A DNA stretch of 64,000 bases from Octopus sinensis (Eukaryota), in the NCBI RefSeq assembly GCF_006345805.1, contig NC_043005.1:80724001-80788000 (forward strand). The letters run 5' to 3'. The notes beneath the pieces were generated by a model. It saw only the letters and a list, made by a program, of their open reading frames with translations, made no database searches and had not been told where the DNA came from. Shown piece after piece: positions 24,105-37,463 of the stretch. The translations under genes were made by a program, and so were the position numbers. Positions within the stretch are counted from its first letter, which is position 1, and each line of letters opens with the position of its first letter.

Positions 24105-25234
24105 GAGGGCATTATACATACATGCCAGGAGGCATTCTACATACAAACCATACGCTAAGAGGGACAATCAGTCATTTCTACCAAAAATATTACTAATCCC
24201 ACCGAATGCAATTTTTCAAAGAAAGACATTTAAAAATATATAGACCTGTATCACAGTGATTTCATACTTACGTAATCATCAGCAGGCCTGAATATACTAT
24301 AAATAAACAACGACCCTGCTTCGCTTAAGCCGATCAGCTAACTGATCAACATCAACGAAGCACATGGGTGAATTTATATATACTATATCCGGATGAATGG
24401 CAAACTTTACGAATTGCATTTCGGGAGAGGAAAAGTTTTTTCGGAATAAAAATTTAGCAATTAAGGACAACTACTTAATAAGGAAACTTAACAAGAAATT
24501 GTCAGGTAGATAGCGTAAAAACCTCATAAGAGAAAAAATTTCGAAATAAATTATTTCTTATTGAACATATTATTTATATATAGAGGGCATTATACATACA
24601 TGCCAGGAGGCATTCTACATACACGCCATACGCTAAGAGGGACAATCATCATTTCTATCTTCTTCTAACCAAAATATTACTAATCCCACCGAATGCAATT
24701 TTTCAAAGAAAGACCTTTAAAAATAATAGACCTGTTCACAGGGATTTCATACTTACGTAATCATCAGCAGGCCTGAATATACTATAAATAAACACGACCC
24801 TGCTTCGCTTAAGCCGATCAGCTAACTGATCACATCAACGAAGCACATGGGTGAATTATATATACTATATCCGGATGAATGGCAAACTTTTATACGAATT
24901 GCATTTCGGGAGAGGAAAAGTTTTTTCGGAATAAAAATTAGCAATTAAGGACAACTACTTAATAGGAAAACTTAACAAGAAATTGTCAGGTAGATAGCGT
25001 AAAAACCTCATAAGAGAAAAAATTTCGAAAATAATTATTTCTTATTGAACATATTAATTTATATATAGAGGGCATATACATACATGCCAGGAGGCATTCT
25101 ACATACACCATACGCTAAGAGGACAATCAGTCATTTCTATACCAAAAATATTACTAATCCCACGAATGCAATTTTTCAAAGAAAGACATTTAAAAATATA
25201 TAGACCTGTATCACAGTGATTTCATACTTACGTA
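24093..25234. repeat. Tandem repeat, ~480-bp unit, ~2.4 copies
   Basis: GAGGGC anchor at 24105, 24583 and 25068. Confidence 0.95.
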
Positions 25235-25385
25235 TATATATATATACTAAACATATATATATATATTATATATATATATATAGATATATATATATATATA
25301 TGTAGGTCCCGGGTTGATCCGGGGTTTACCACAGTAAGTAAGGTACTCAATACATAGCAAGTAAAATTATTTATTATATAGAAGG

Positions 25386-25435
25386 AGCTTCTACAGGACT
25401 AGTACGTTTCATTCAAGAGAAATCTTCAGGAAGCT
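25386..25435 (-). ncRNA. Hammerhead motif, PLE2 sense copy (1-nt deletion in stem III)
   Basis: Reverse complement AGCTTC-CTGAAGA-TTTCTCTTGAAT-GAA-ACGTACTAGTCCTGT-A-GAAGCT. Confidence 0.5.
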
Positions 25436-25759
25436 ATTTAACAAGAATTGTATTAGCATTTATATTTAGGCAGTTTAAAGGAGTGGTGGTGGTGGACTTT
25501 TTTGTTGGGGTAGGCATAGCGCAAATATCATACTTGGGGGAGTGGTCAAGGAGTCAGTGGTAGTTAGATGAAAGAATAGATAAATAAAAAAATAAAATAA
25601 AAAATAAAAAATAAAAAATAAAAATAAAAATAAAAATAATAAAAAAAAATAATAAAAAATTATAAAAAAATAAAATAAAAAAATAAAAATAAAAAAATAA
25701 AATAAATAAAAAAAATAAAAATTAAAAAAATAAAAAATAAAATAAAAAATAAAAAAAAT

Positions 25760-25861
25760 AAATGTGTGCACATACATACATAAACACATATACATACACA
25801 CACACATACGTACACATGTGTGCCTATACATACCTACCTCACATACAACACATCCATACTA

Positions 25862-25894
<33 letters not shown>

Positions 25895-26226
25895 ATATAT
25901 CACAATCCATACAGGCCCTTCCCTAATTTTAATTTTATTATCTTCATTTATTACTTTTGTTATCTTTGATCGCTAGGGCTAAGATCCTGCGATGGCAGCA
26001 TGTCCATTGTCTGTCTACTAGAAGGCAAGTACTCGTTCCCGCACGCACACTCATTAGCACGTACATACACCCATTCGTACACTCATACACATACACGTAC
26101 GCACGCGTTATATTCATACATACAAAACATCTACATACGTTCACGTATATACACATACGTACTCGTACCTACAGATTCATGTCTACACTTTAGGAGGCTA
26201 GTCTATATATATACACCAATATATAC

Positions 26227-26259
<33 letters not shown>

Positions 26260-26338
26260 CACATAACACATACACACACCACACACACACATATATATAC
26301 TCCTACATACAGATACATACCCATATATATATACATAT

Positions 26339-26369
<31 letters not shown>

Positions 26370-26612
26370 CATACATATATATATATATATATAATAACAT
26401 ATATAATACATACACCACACACCATATATACACACACATACATCCCATATATATACATACACAACAAATACACACATATTATATATACTCTATATACACA
26501 CATACATACACACCTACATACATTACACACAAACACATACATACGTAAACATACATACATACATCCATACATCCATACTTACATGCATTTATCGCATACA
26601 TCAACCCCCATC

Positions 26613-26650
<38 letters not shown>

Positions 26651-27404
26651 ACACACTCACACATACATATACAAATATACGCCCACACATACATACATAC
26701 ACGTATACGCATACCCGCACATACACATATACATGCTACCCATACACGTGCACACACGCACATGCATCCATATATACACCACACACACACATATATACAC
26801 GTGTGCAAGCATACATACATACTCATACACGCACACATACTTACATATACATATATGCACACACTTACACACAATATATACATACAATACATGCATACAT
26901 ACATATATGCATACATACACATACACGCACATACCATATACACATGCGTACCCATACACGTGCACGCACGCACGCGCATCCATATATATACAACACACAC
27001 ACACATATATATACACGTGTGCAAGCTACATACATACTCATACACGCCACATACTTACATATACATATATGCACACACTTACACACATATATACATACAC
27101 ATATACATGCATACATACATATATGCATACATACACACACGCGCACTCATATATACATATATATATATATATTATATATATACATACATCACATATATTA
27201 TATATATATACATATATATACACAAACATATATATACACATATACACATACACATACATGCACACCTACACACACATACACATACACATACATACATATA
27301 TATATATATATATACACATATATACACATATACACATACATATATACCACACATACATACATATACATACACACACACTACATACATACACGGATACACA
27401 TACC

Positions 27405-27447
<43 letters not shown>

Positions 27448-27670
27448 CACGTATACACATGCATATACTTATATCTCTACATACTCACATATAAACATAT
27501 ATATATATACACACACACATACATATATATACATGTACACACACATACACATATACATACATATATACACATACACACATACATATATATATATATATAC
27601 ACATACATATATATATACATACATATATACATACATATATATACATATACATATACCCCCACATATATAC

Positions 27671-27707
<37 letters not shown>

Positions 27708-28600
27708 TACATATACACATATACATGTATACATACGCAATAATGATACACATATATATACACATACACACACACAGACAGATGCATATACATACATATA
27801 TATATATATAAATTACATATCTATATAAATACATACATAATACACATATACACACACATATATACATACATATACATACACATATATATACATATATAAT
27901 ATATACATATATATACATACATATACATATATATACACACATACATACACATGCACATACATATACAATATACATACACATACATACACAACACGCGCGC
28001 ACATACATATACACACACACATGTACAAATACATACATACACACATACACACACACACATATATTACATACATGTACACATATACATACATATATATATC
28101 AACAAGGAGGGTGAAGTTAATTAGTTATTAATCAATTCACCAAGAATTCAGTATGTAAAGGGCCCTTATTATTTTGAGTAAACAATGTTAGAGGAAAAAA
28201 ATTCTCTAAGTAGTGGAAGAGGCTAAAAACCTTTATTGCTGCTATTTCTAGAAAGTTTAGTATGTGGCAAAGTAATTTATTTTATTTTACTAAGCCCTAA
28301 TTATATAATATTTATACATACATACACATACAAAACACATACATTTACACTATATACACATATACATACAAACATATACATATATACACACACACACACA
28401 CATACATACAAGCACATACATATATATATATATAATATATATTCATATATGCAAACATATATACATATATATATTTTTTTACATGCATACATACACCCCA
28501 CACACATAATACATGCGTATATTCCTACTGTACCCATGCATTTCTATACATATATACATACATACGATACACATATACAAGCGTGCACATACAATATGTG
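25760..28600. repeat. ~2.8-kb degenerate (TA)/(CA)/(TACA) microsatellite field
   Basis: Directly visible; source of many spurious low-complexity ORFs. Confidence 0.95.
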
Positions 28601-28619
28601 AAGGTCTTAGGAGAAAAGG

Positions 28620-29785
28620 TAATCGGGGTTGCTAGGGGAACAGTGGGGTTGGGGGGGTTGTAGGGGGGGGGGGTTTTCATCAATCAGGTTGCCGGTAGGT
28701 CTATAGTTCTTATAGTTCGCATACTTCTTATGCATGCAATTTGGGGAGTGTTCTGAAAATTTGTTAAGGAGAGGGCCTTTGGCGAACAAGATCTCTAGGC
28801 TCTCTGATATGCATAGGTCACAGCAGGTATGTCCTCCTGTGTACGAACGCGCCTTCTGTAGTAGTTTCCACTTGGTCTTGAAGGGGATAGAGTTCCTTTT
28901 AGGTACCAGATGTGGGCGGCGAGGGTAGTTTGGTTGGATTTATCCTGTCGCCGGAACGAGTGTGTATGTGCGTACCAGCGGGTCTTAAAGCTGTTTGACG
29001 TCATCCAATGTAGGATTTACATTTATCGTCAAGGCCTGATCTTACCTCGCATTTATATACTAGGTCCCTCTGTAGGCAGTTGTTGTTGAGGGGGCAGGTG
29101 GTTTTATCATGGCAGTTGCAACTGCTATCGGACGTTGGATGGGCCCCGAGAAAGTAGATATGTTAAGTTTTTTCACATTGTTGTTGGCTAGGTTCCTGGC
29201 TAGATTGGGCGTGGTAGAGTAGGAGAGTCTAATAGTGTTCTTATTCAGATAGTGTAGTACTTATGTTGGGTGGGGAAGTGTTTCTGTAGGAGAGTGAAAA
29301 AAGATCTTAGCTACAGGGGTAGCGACCTCACGGTTGAAGGGGGGGTTGTACCAGCTAATGTGTCTTCGTCTATTTTTCTGGGTTGGCGTGGGGCTATACT
29401 AGTATAGGTAATCTTATCTTTAAAACCACTGCGGGCCAGGGCCTCGTTGTAATAGGGGGCTGCGGCTTTAAAGATATCTTCCGTGGCGGACAGGCTAGAG
29501 ATTCTAATTGAGAACACTTTTTACTAGATTATCTATATTTTTTTGGGGTGGTGGAATTGATTCTATATATCTAAGGGATTCATTTGGTTTGTGGTACGGG
29601 TAATAAAGTGAGGTTTTTAAGTCGAGGGTGACATCGAGGAAGTTAGCCTTTGTTAAGTTGGATTCTAGGGTAATCCTAAGGCCTAAGTTTTTAAAGAAGG
29701 TGTGAAGGTTTTTCCGGAACCCATCCGTGGTCCTGGGGTTTATATTGTGGAGGGCGAAAAGGCCGTCATCTCGGTAAAGACCACC
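28620..29785 (-). pseudogene. PLE2 RT C-terminus plus GIY-YIG endonuclease (frameshifted)
   Basis: GLYRDDGLF..FLDVTLDL..CNCHDKTTCPLNNNCLQRDLVYKC..YIG / MTSNSFKTRWYAHTHSFR..QTTLAAHIWYLK. Confidence 0.9.
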
Positions 29786-30050
29786 ATTTTATTTTTTTAT
29801 TTTTATTTATTTTATTTTTTTTATTTTATTTTTATTTTATTTTTTTATTATTTTTTTATTATTTTTTATTTTTTATTTTTTATTTTATTTTTTTATTTAT
29901 CTATTCTTTCATCTAACTTACCACTGACTCCTTGACCACTCCCCCAAGTATGATATTTTGCGCTATGCCTACCCTACCCCCAAAAAAGTCCCCCCCACCA
30001 CTCCTTTAAACCGCCTAAATGTATAAATGCTAATACAATTCTTGTTAAAT

Positions 30051-30101
30051 AGCTTCCTGAAGATTTCTCTTGAATGAAACAGTACTAGTCCTGTAGAAGC
30101 T
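30051..30101 (+). ncRNA. Type I hammerhead motif, PLE2 inverted copy
   Basis: Stem I AGCTTC/GAAGCT, core CTGAAGA, stem II TTC/GAA (weak), GAA, stem III ACAG/CTGT with a palindromic ACTAGT-containing loop, GUA cleavage triplet ending at 30095. Confidence 0.6.
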
Positions 30102-31199
30102 CCTTCTATATAATAAATTAAAATATATATTGACATATATAAGCATATATCGATGATTAAATGTTAATTACTTCCATTTATTTAATCAGTTTTCAATATA
30201 TAAGTGAATAAGAAAAAATGTCTTTACACTTTTAAGTAAGTTAACTTTAAACACGAATATTGTTTATCATTATAAAGATAATGATCACATTAGTAAATCC
30301 AGAAAACTTTAATGACATTTTAAAAGAAAACTCCATATTTGTTGACATAAAAGACTCGCTACTATTTTAGAAGCAACTGGATTTGAGAGAGCATAAACAG
30401 GAAAAATGTTTTTAGTGCATAAAAGCAATATAACCCAGGTTTTCATATAGGACCCGGAGTAACTTCTTAAACAAGTTCTTCGTTATATCTTTTCGCTCTT
30501 TTACTCTCTGTTATTATGTATCGCCAGGTAGATGCGATATTCGAGCATTTTCAGACAGATGTCTGAAATGGAGAGACGTTATAGCAAGGAATCAGTTTAA
30601 AAAAATCAGCTAAGTGGCTCATTCTACGCCTCGGATTCATGATAGTTGATTGCGCAACATATCACCTACGAGCTACAAGTATGAGAGTAAGTCGAGAAAA
30701 CTGCAGCGGCTTTTGACACCATGGGATTTCTGAAGTACATCCAATGGTATGTGCATTTCTAATGTATGATGACATCAAATAGCTAATAAATATGGACGAC
30801 TTTTGCACAACATATAACAAGGTTTTTATCCGAATATCACTATGTCGTCGGCACCACTCGTGTCCGAGTTTGGTTCATTTGGTGCCTCCATGATGCTTAA
30901 ACCTAATATAGTCCAGAAGGTCAAGTCGAGAATGAAACAGTTTCGGGCATAAATCACATGACCCTGATATATATATATATATATATATACATAATATAGG
31001 ATAACATTTTTCGGAAAAAATTCTATCAATGGCCAGCATATTAAAAAATATCATTAAAGGTTAAATTTATAAACAACTTATAAACAAGTTGTTTATATCG
31101 GATTTCATCGTTTGGTTCCTTGGAAACAGCTCAAAATCACAATAACTTTGTAACCCCATGAAATTGACAACATGAACATTTTGGGATGCAATTCAGCTT

Positions 31200-31908
31200 T
31201 CAATGTGGTTTGTGCTGGTTCGTTACACTAGGGCCATGGTCGTTTTCGATCGATGTTATTGTAGACAATACATATTCCATCACCAATGATGATTCGTTTC
31301 AGATAGCGGTCCATTTCATTGTGTCTGAGATGCATAGCGCAAATATTGATTTGTTGTATTAAGTGAACCTCTTTCAATTTATGTAGTACACAAATATTGA
31401 GTTTCTTAACGAGTCCAAGACATTTTAAGTGATTTTCAATTGTTGTGTGTGATACATTTAACCTTTCTGCGCCATCTCGCACAGTTATATGACAATAAAA
31501 TTCAATTATGGCTTTGATTCGTTCATCATCAACTTAGGTCGACCAAACCATTGGTCATCTTTGAGTGAAAAATCACCAGAATGGAATTTTTAAAAACCAT
31601 TTTTGACATGAATGTTCTGTTAAGCAATCAACATCATGAACTTCACATATCTCTTTGTGAGAGTCTCAGCAGTTTTCTTGACTTTATGGAAAAAGAAAAG
31701 AAATTGGCGAAAATGTTCGTTTTTGCACTCCATGTTAAAATTGATACTGAACTAACAGCTGTAAACAAAATTACATGCTATTTGCTTCTAAAGTAAGCTA
31801 AATGTAACGGCTGTCAAATGTGAAAAAGAAAAAAACATTGACAAAAGTCATTAAAAAAATCGTAGCTTTATTTGTGAAAAACGAAATTACTTTTCTCCCA
31901 ACCCAATA
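31200..31908 (-). mobile_element. mariner (DD34D-type) remnant with one TIR
   Basis: TIR TATTGGGTTGGGAGAAAAGTAATTTCGTTTT resembles Hsmar1-type TIRs; ORF LNVSHTTIENHLKCLGLVKKLNICVLHKL..YLKRIIIGD. Confidence 0.85.
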
Positions 31909-32554
31909 TATATGCATGTATATATGTGTGTCAGTGTGCGTGCGTGTGTGTGTGTTTGCGTGTGCGTGTACATGTGCCTGATGGCTATTTATGTACGTGA
32001 AAGAATTTCATTAGAGAATCTATAAAAGTCTGAGTTTCATGAAAGATGTTATTTTCACACTTTTGATACACACAAGTATGATTAATATAAAAACCTAGAT
32101 AGTATCGATATGTTTTCTATATTCTCCCCTAAATTTTGTGCTTTACAACTCTTTCTTTTATAATCTTTCATGTTAAGAATATCTGTATTATTAGCTTTCG
32201 CTATCTGTGTACCAGAAATATTTTGTTCTATCATCAGCTCGCAACGCAGTCAAAACTTCGAAGAGTTACGATGCTGTATTATATTCTATCTTCGGAAGAC
32301 AATATATCGATACATTATTGGATTATATCATTCAAAGGTGTGCTGCAACGAATAAAACAAAAGGCTTAGAAGAAGAAACGCAACCTATAGTTCCATATGC
32401 TATCATGTACATTTAAAACCATCGCAGTTAAGTTCGACGCACGCTAAGCGTTACTCACCATCTGCAATGAATATAGAATATCAAAACCTACCTCTTAACT
32501 TCTATATATTTGATACACAATAATAACTAGTCATTTTATTTACCTTTAACATTT

Positions 32555-33372
32555 TACTTGTTTCAATCATTTGACTGTGGTCATGCTGGGGCACAGCCCT
32601 GAAGTATTTAAGTCGAACAAGTCGACTCTAGGTCTTATTTTTTAAAAGTCTAGTACTTATGGGAACGTAAACACACCAACACTGGTTGCCAAGCGGTGGT
32701 GGGGTCAAAGATGCATGCACACAGATATATACATATATACAAATATAAACACACGCATACACGCACACACATACACGCAGAACACACATACACCCACACA
32801 CAACCCCCACACAAACACATACACGCACACGCACATATACTATGGATTTGTTTCAGTTTCTATCTATTAAATCCACAGGGGATGCGCAAAGGCCTAGTGA
32901 ATAGGTCAGCGGACTCGCGGTCGTATTATCACGGTTTCGATTTCCAGACCGGCCGTTGTGAGTGTTTATTAAGCAAAAATACCTAAAGCTCCGCGAGACC
33001 CAAGCAGGGGATGGTGGCGAACCCTGCTGTACTCTTTCTCCACAGCTTTCAGTCTTTCTTCCTGTTTCTGCTGTACCTTTATTTGATATGGCCAGCCGAA
33101 ACTCCCTGAGAACTACGCTAAGGGTACATGTGTCTGTGGAGTGCTCAGCGACTTGCACGTTAATTTCACGAGTAAGCTGTTCCGTTGATCGGATCAACTG
33201 GAACCCTCGTCGTCGTAACCGACCGAGTGCCGCGTTATTAAATCCACTTACAAAGCTTTGGTCAGCCTGACGCTATAGTAGAAGACACTTGCCCGAGGGG
33301 CCACACAATTGAACCGAACCCAGAATCTTGTGGCTGGAAAGCAAGCTTCTTTCTACACAGTCACGCCTGCGC
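32555..33372 (-). mobile_element. SINE family S1 split by a nested S3 SINE
   Basis: Halves at ~32555-32876 and 33236-33372; TATTAAATCCAC is duplicated. Confidence 0.8.
32877..33235 (+). mobile_element. SINE family S3 with 12-bp TSD
   Basis: TSD TATTAAATCCAC at 32865-32876 and 33236-33247. Confidence 0.85.
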
Positions 33373-33954
33373 CTTATTTCCTCACAACATTAGCTGATAT
33401 CACTTGCAAAAATAACACATGACGAAATCAGTTTACGAATACATTTTCATGTTTGCCATCATAAACTAGACATACGAAATCGGTAGCAAATGAAACTAGT
33501 CAGAGAGTGCTATTGACATTTTCATTAACGCCTGGGTCAACCTTCTCCAAATCATTTAAGCATATGTCAATCATGTTCGCTATATTTACATCGTCATCAT
33601 CTTCACCACAACACCAACGTTTTCAGACAACTCTGTAACTGCGAAAACTACCTCACTGTTTTATAATATATCTGTGCGTCAGATTGAAAATGAAATAAAA
33701 TGATTTGCTAAAGGTTTTCATTTCGTTCGAAAACACGTGGATAAACTCCAATTAATCTTCTTTCCAACATGACTAGAATAACAAAAATATACTTTAAGCT
33801 ATATAACATTTTGTATGTTAACGAATACGTTGACCTCTCAGCTGACTCTGTGACCCCTACATCTTAACTATTGGCACATCCTTTTCTTCTTACCCCAAAT
33901 CGCTACAATTATTTGTGTGGTAACAGAAAAAAGAAAAAAAATACCCTCAATTTT

Positions 33955-34200
33955 AGGTGTAGCTGTGTGATAAGAAGTTTGCTGCCCAAGCACATGGTTC
34001 TGGGTTCAATATCACTGCGTTGCGTCTTGGTCAAATGTCTTTACTACAGCCTAGTGCAGCCTTGGGGTGACCAAAGCCTTGTCATTGAATTTGGTAGTCG
34101 CAAACTGAAAGAAACCCGACACTCACACACACACAAACACACACACACACACACAAACATTAGCAATATGTCTGTCGCCTGCACTCTTGACAAGAGATGC
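33955..34200 (+). mobile_element. SINE family S1, partial
   Basis: GCTGTGTGATAAGAAGTTTGC..TTGGTCAAATGTCTTTACTACAGCC..AAACTGAAAGAAACCCG(AC)n. Confidence 0.7.
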
Positions 34201-34479
34201 CAGTTATTCTTTTATTCCTGCCAGGCTGGTCCGTATTAGCACGAGAAACTGGATAAATTTTTCGTTTGTTTAAGAATATTGTAGAACGAAATAGTAATTT
34301 ATTGTTTCAAGACATTGAGTTTGAATTACTCTTACTTTATATGATTGTAGATAACTCGGGCTGTAACTTCCAAATCCGAGTCAGGCGCATGTGAACAAAT
34401 ATCACTGCTTGATATTTATTATTGATCTTTCAAAATATTTTCTTTCTCAACTTACTCACGATCTTTTGTTTTTTTATAA

Positions 34480-34674
34480 ATGGGAGAGAGATAGATAGAG
34501 AAGGATAGAGAGTAAGAGAAAGCGAATGAGAGTCTGAGAGTAAGGAAGAGTAAGAGCGTGTGAAAGTGAGAGAGAAACAAAGAGAGAGAATGTGGCGATA
34601 AGAAACAGAAAGGAAGCTACAGTAAGTAACAACCGCACCCTCACCCACGCGTAGAGCGGGTCACCTTAAGCTAG
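34480..34674 (+). mobile_element. Possible Helitron 3' end
   Basis: GA-rich tract, then CCCACGCGTAGAGCGGG hairpin-like sequence and CTAG^T at 34671-34675. Confidence 0.35.
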
Positions 34675-35904
34675 TGTTACTATAAAACAGAGCAGAACGG
34701 CAAGACTATCCCAGTGACAACTATACAAAGAACAAGACAGAAAAGCAAAGCGAATTTCACTTCGTCAGATGCTAATACCATGCTGCCATAAACGCTCAAA
34801 TATTGTATTGGTGATCAATGAATAGATACTGGAAACAAATTAATATTGATACAACTTGTTCTGAACATCGACTAGCTCATAATCGAACCAAAAATTAAAT
34901 AAATAAATGAATAAAATGAAATAAATATATTTTATCAAGTGGACAATATTAAAATATCCAACAACAAAGGACATTGGTTAGCAAAATTAGGAATCAAAGC
35001 CATAAAGAGAGAGTATTATAATTTATTTGAAGGTGCTGTTAACAGAGGAAGAAATGGTAATGACGTTCGTACTACTAATAACAATAATAATAACAGCGAT
35101 AACTGTAATGATCATCATAATAATATGGAGATTAATAGTGTAGGAATTATTACCTTAGTGACTGTATTTTGTTAGCGAACGTATAAATCTGGCCTCTGTT
35201 ACTTTTGGATCTCGGTAACAGTCAATAGCAGCTGAACAAGAAACCGATGATATATGCATCAACAGCTTGCTAAAACTCAGCATTCTGAAGTGACACCTAT
35301 GAATTATAGATAACTTTTAAGAGACTGTCTCTGAAAGCACAGCATATATTATGGGCCGCTTTCAGCTATGCATAAACAGAGATAACAAATCATAGGATTA
35401 TGATAGTAAATTTTATTATCCAAGTGAGCAATTTTCTATACGCTTGCATACACAGAGCGAAAGACGATACAGGTACAAGCGAACGATATAATTGCAAAAG
35501 ACAAAATGTGCCAACATGAGATAGACAAGTGAAAGAATAAATTATAGCATAAAATAGATATTTTACGTGTTGAAGCAATTAAAATAATTCAGATTCCGGA
35601 ATACAACACCTCGCCTCGAAATAAATTCAATTATAATATGGATCTCATGATGATTAAATACAGCATTATCATTGAGTGAAGATGACTACAAACGCTTGAA
35701 TACTTAAGGTAACACGTATCTACTTGACAGGATAAAATATGTGGGATAAGAGAAAAGTTAATACTCTTAAAGCCAATTTTGTAAGAAACACTGGACTGTG
35801 AAGAAGGTCGTTTGGAAGTCCGAGTTGAAGCGACGGTACACGAACCAGTCAATACTAGAAAGCAATACTCAGCAACAAGGCTGAATCTACGAAGGTATTC
35901 ATTT

Positions 35905-36121
35905 ACATGTTTCAGTCATTTGACTGCGGCCATGCTCGAGCACCACCTTTAGTCGAGCAAATCGACCCTAGGACTTATTCTTTATAAACCTAGGACATAT
36001 TCTATCGATCTCTTATGTTGAACCGCTAAGTTACGAGGGGACGTCAGCACACCAGCCTCCGTTGTCAAGTGATGTTGGGGTAGACAAACACAGATGCACA
36101 AACATATACACACACATACAT

Positions 36122-36175
<54 letters not shown>

Positions 36176-36340
36176 CTACGACGGGCTTCTTTCAGTTTCC
36201 ATCTACCAAATCCACTCACAAGGCTTTGGTTGGCCCGAGGCTATAATAGAAGACACTAGGCCAAGGTGCCACGCAATGGGACTGAACCCGGAAAGATGTG
36301 GTTCGTAAGCAAGCTATTTACCACACAGCCACTCCTGCAA
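35905..36340 (-). mobile_element. SINE family S1, full length
   Basis: Reverse complement of the 3962-4358 architecture. Confidence 0.85.
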
Positions 36341-36682
36341 AAAATATTAAGAATACATTAGGAAACCATTTTAAAAAATCGAGCTTAATATAAAGAAATA
36401 AAACACAAGTAAAAAGAACTTTGCTTATTTAGCATTTATAAGGCCGTTCCGGGCCGAAACATCATAACGGCCAGATACAGCCTGTTACACGTACGCTGAA
36501 ATGCCCTATTTAATACACCCGAAAATCTCGTCTGACAAGATGATTAAAATTTACAGAGAAATATCCTGTATAACAGAAATGCTGTATGTTCATGTTATAA
36601 AGGTGTACAGATAAGCTTCAAGGTAACAGGGTGGTATTAGATAGTTTTTTGTTACAAAAAAGCAATCTGTGATATTGATTGA

Positions 36683-37072
36683 CTAGCAGTATCGCCCGGC
36701 GTTGCTCGGGTTTGTTTCGACCCTTTAGAATTGAAATTTTTGAAAAGTAAAAATCTTGCATTATGTAGCTTGTTATTCTCTTTAAGTGAACATTTTTCTG
36801 GTTGAAATACGCCGAAAAATGGCGACACGGCAGTAAAAAGATCGTAAAAAATAGGGATTTTCATAGAAAAAAAGCACCTTTTTGATGTAAATAATTTTTG
36901 TCCTTAACATGGTCTGATTTGAATTTTATCTTCTACGGAAGGAAGGGCAAACATTCTTCTATCATACTCTCAATTTTGGTCAACTTGCAGCGCAGGGTCT
37001 CGGAGGAGATAGTGTTAGTTGAAGGCTACCAAACCTGCCACACACAGACAGCTTCAGCTTTATATATATAGA
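36683..37072 (-). mobile_element. Complete non-autonomous Helitron (390 bp)
   Basis: Minus strand A^TCTATATATATAAAGCTG...CCCGAGCAACGCCGGG hairpin, CGATACTG, CTAG^T: TC start, CTAG end, subterminal hairpin, insertion between A and T, no TSD. Confidence 0.85.
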
Positions 37073-37209
37073 TTAAGAATGACTTTTGGTTCGGTTCTAC
37101 TTGGCTGCAATTCAAAATGCCAGAAGTGCATCAATGGCGAGACAGAATGTGGGGATTCAACAAAACAAGCAACACAACGATTGTAAAATTTAGATTTACT
37201 CTTACTCTT

Positions 37210-37429
37210 TACTCTTTTACTTGTTTCAGTCATTTGACTGCGACCATACTGGAGCACTGCCTTTAGTCGAGCAAATGGACCCTCAGGACTTATTCATTGT
37301 AAGCCTAGTACTTATTCTATCGGTCTCTTTTGCCGAACCACTATGTTTCGGAGACGTAAATACACCCGCATCGGTTGTCAAGCGATGTTGGGAGGCCCAT
37401 CACAGGCACAAAAACCCACACAAACATGC

Positions 37430-37463
<34 letters not shown>

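Larger units (their letters stand above)
25303..30118 (-). mobile_element. Penelope-like element 2: 3' terminal repeat, microsatellite-filled interior, RT/GIY-YIG fragment, inverted terminal repeat
   Basis: 25369-~25700 is the reverse complement of ~29787-30118; PLE coding remnant at 28620-29785. Confidence 0.75.

Noticed and set aside
26190-28091. Many 100-350-aa ORFs rich in Y/I/H/T or C/V/M
   Set aside because: TA/CA repeats lack stop codons; low-complexity artefacts.
30520-30760. Exon-like segment with AG and GTATGT signals
   Set aside because: Stops in all three frames between the candidate splice sites.
32207-32416. 69-aa protein-like ORF (YDAVLYSIFGRQYIDTLLDYIIQRC)
   Set aside because: Short, with no recognisable motif or convincing splice sites; cannot be supported without homology data.
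36432-36475. GGCC-GTTCCG-GGCC-GAAAC hairpin resembling hammerhead stem II
   Set aside because: The upstream core is TTTATAA and no stem I was found; at most a decayed relic.
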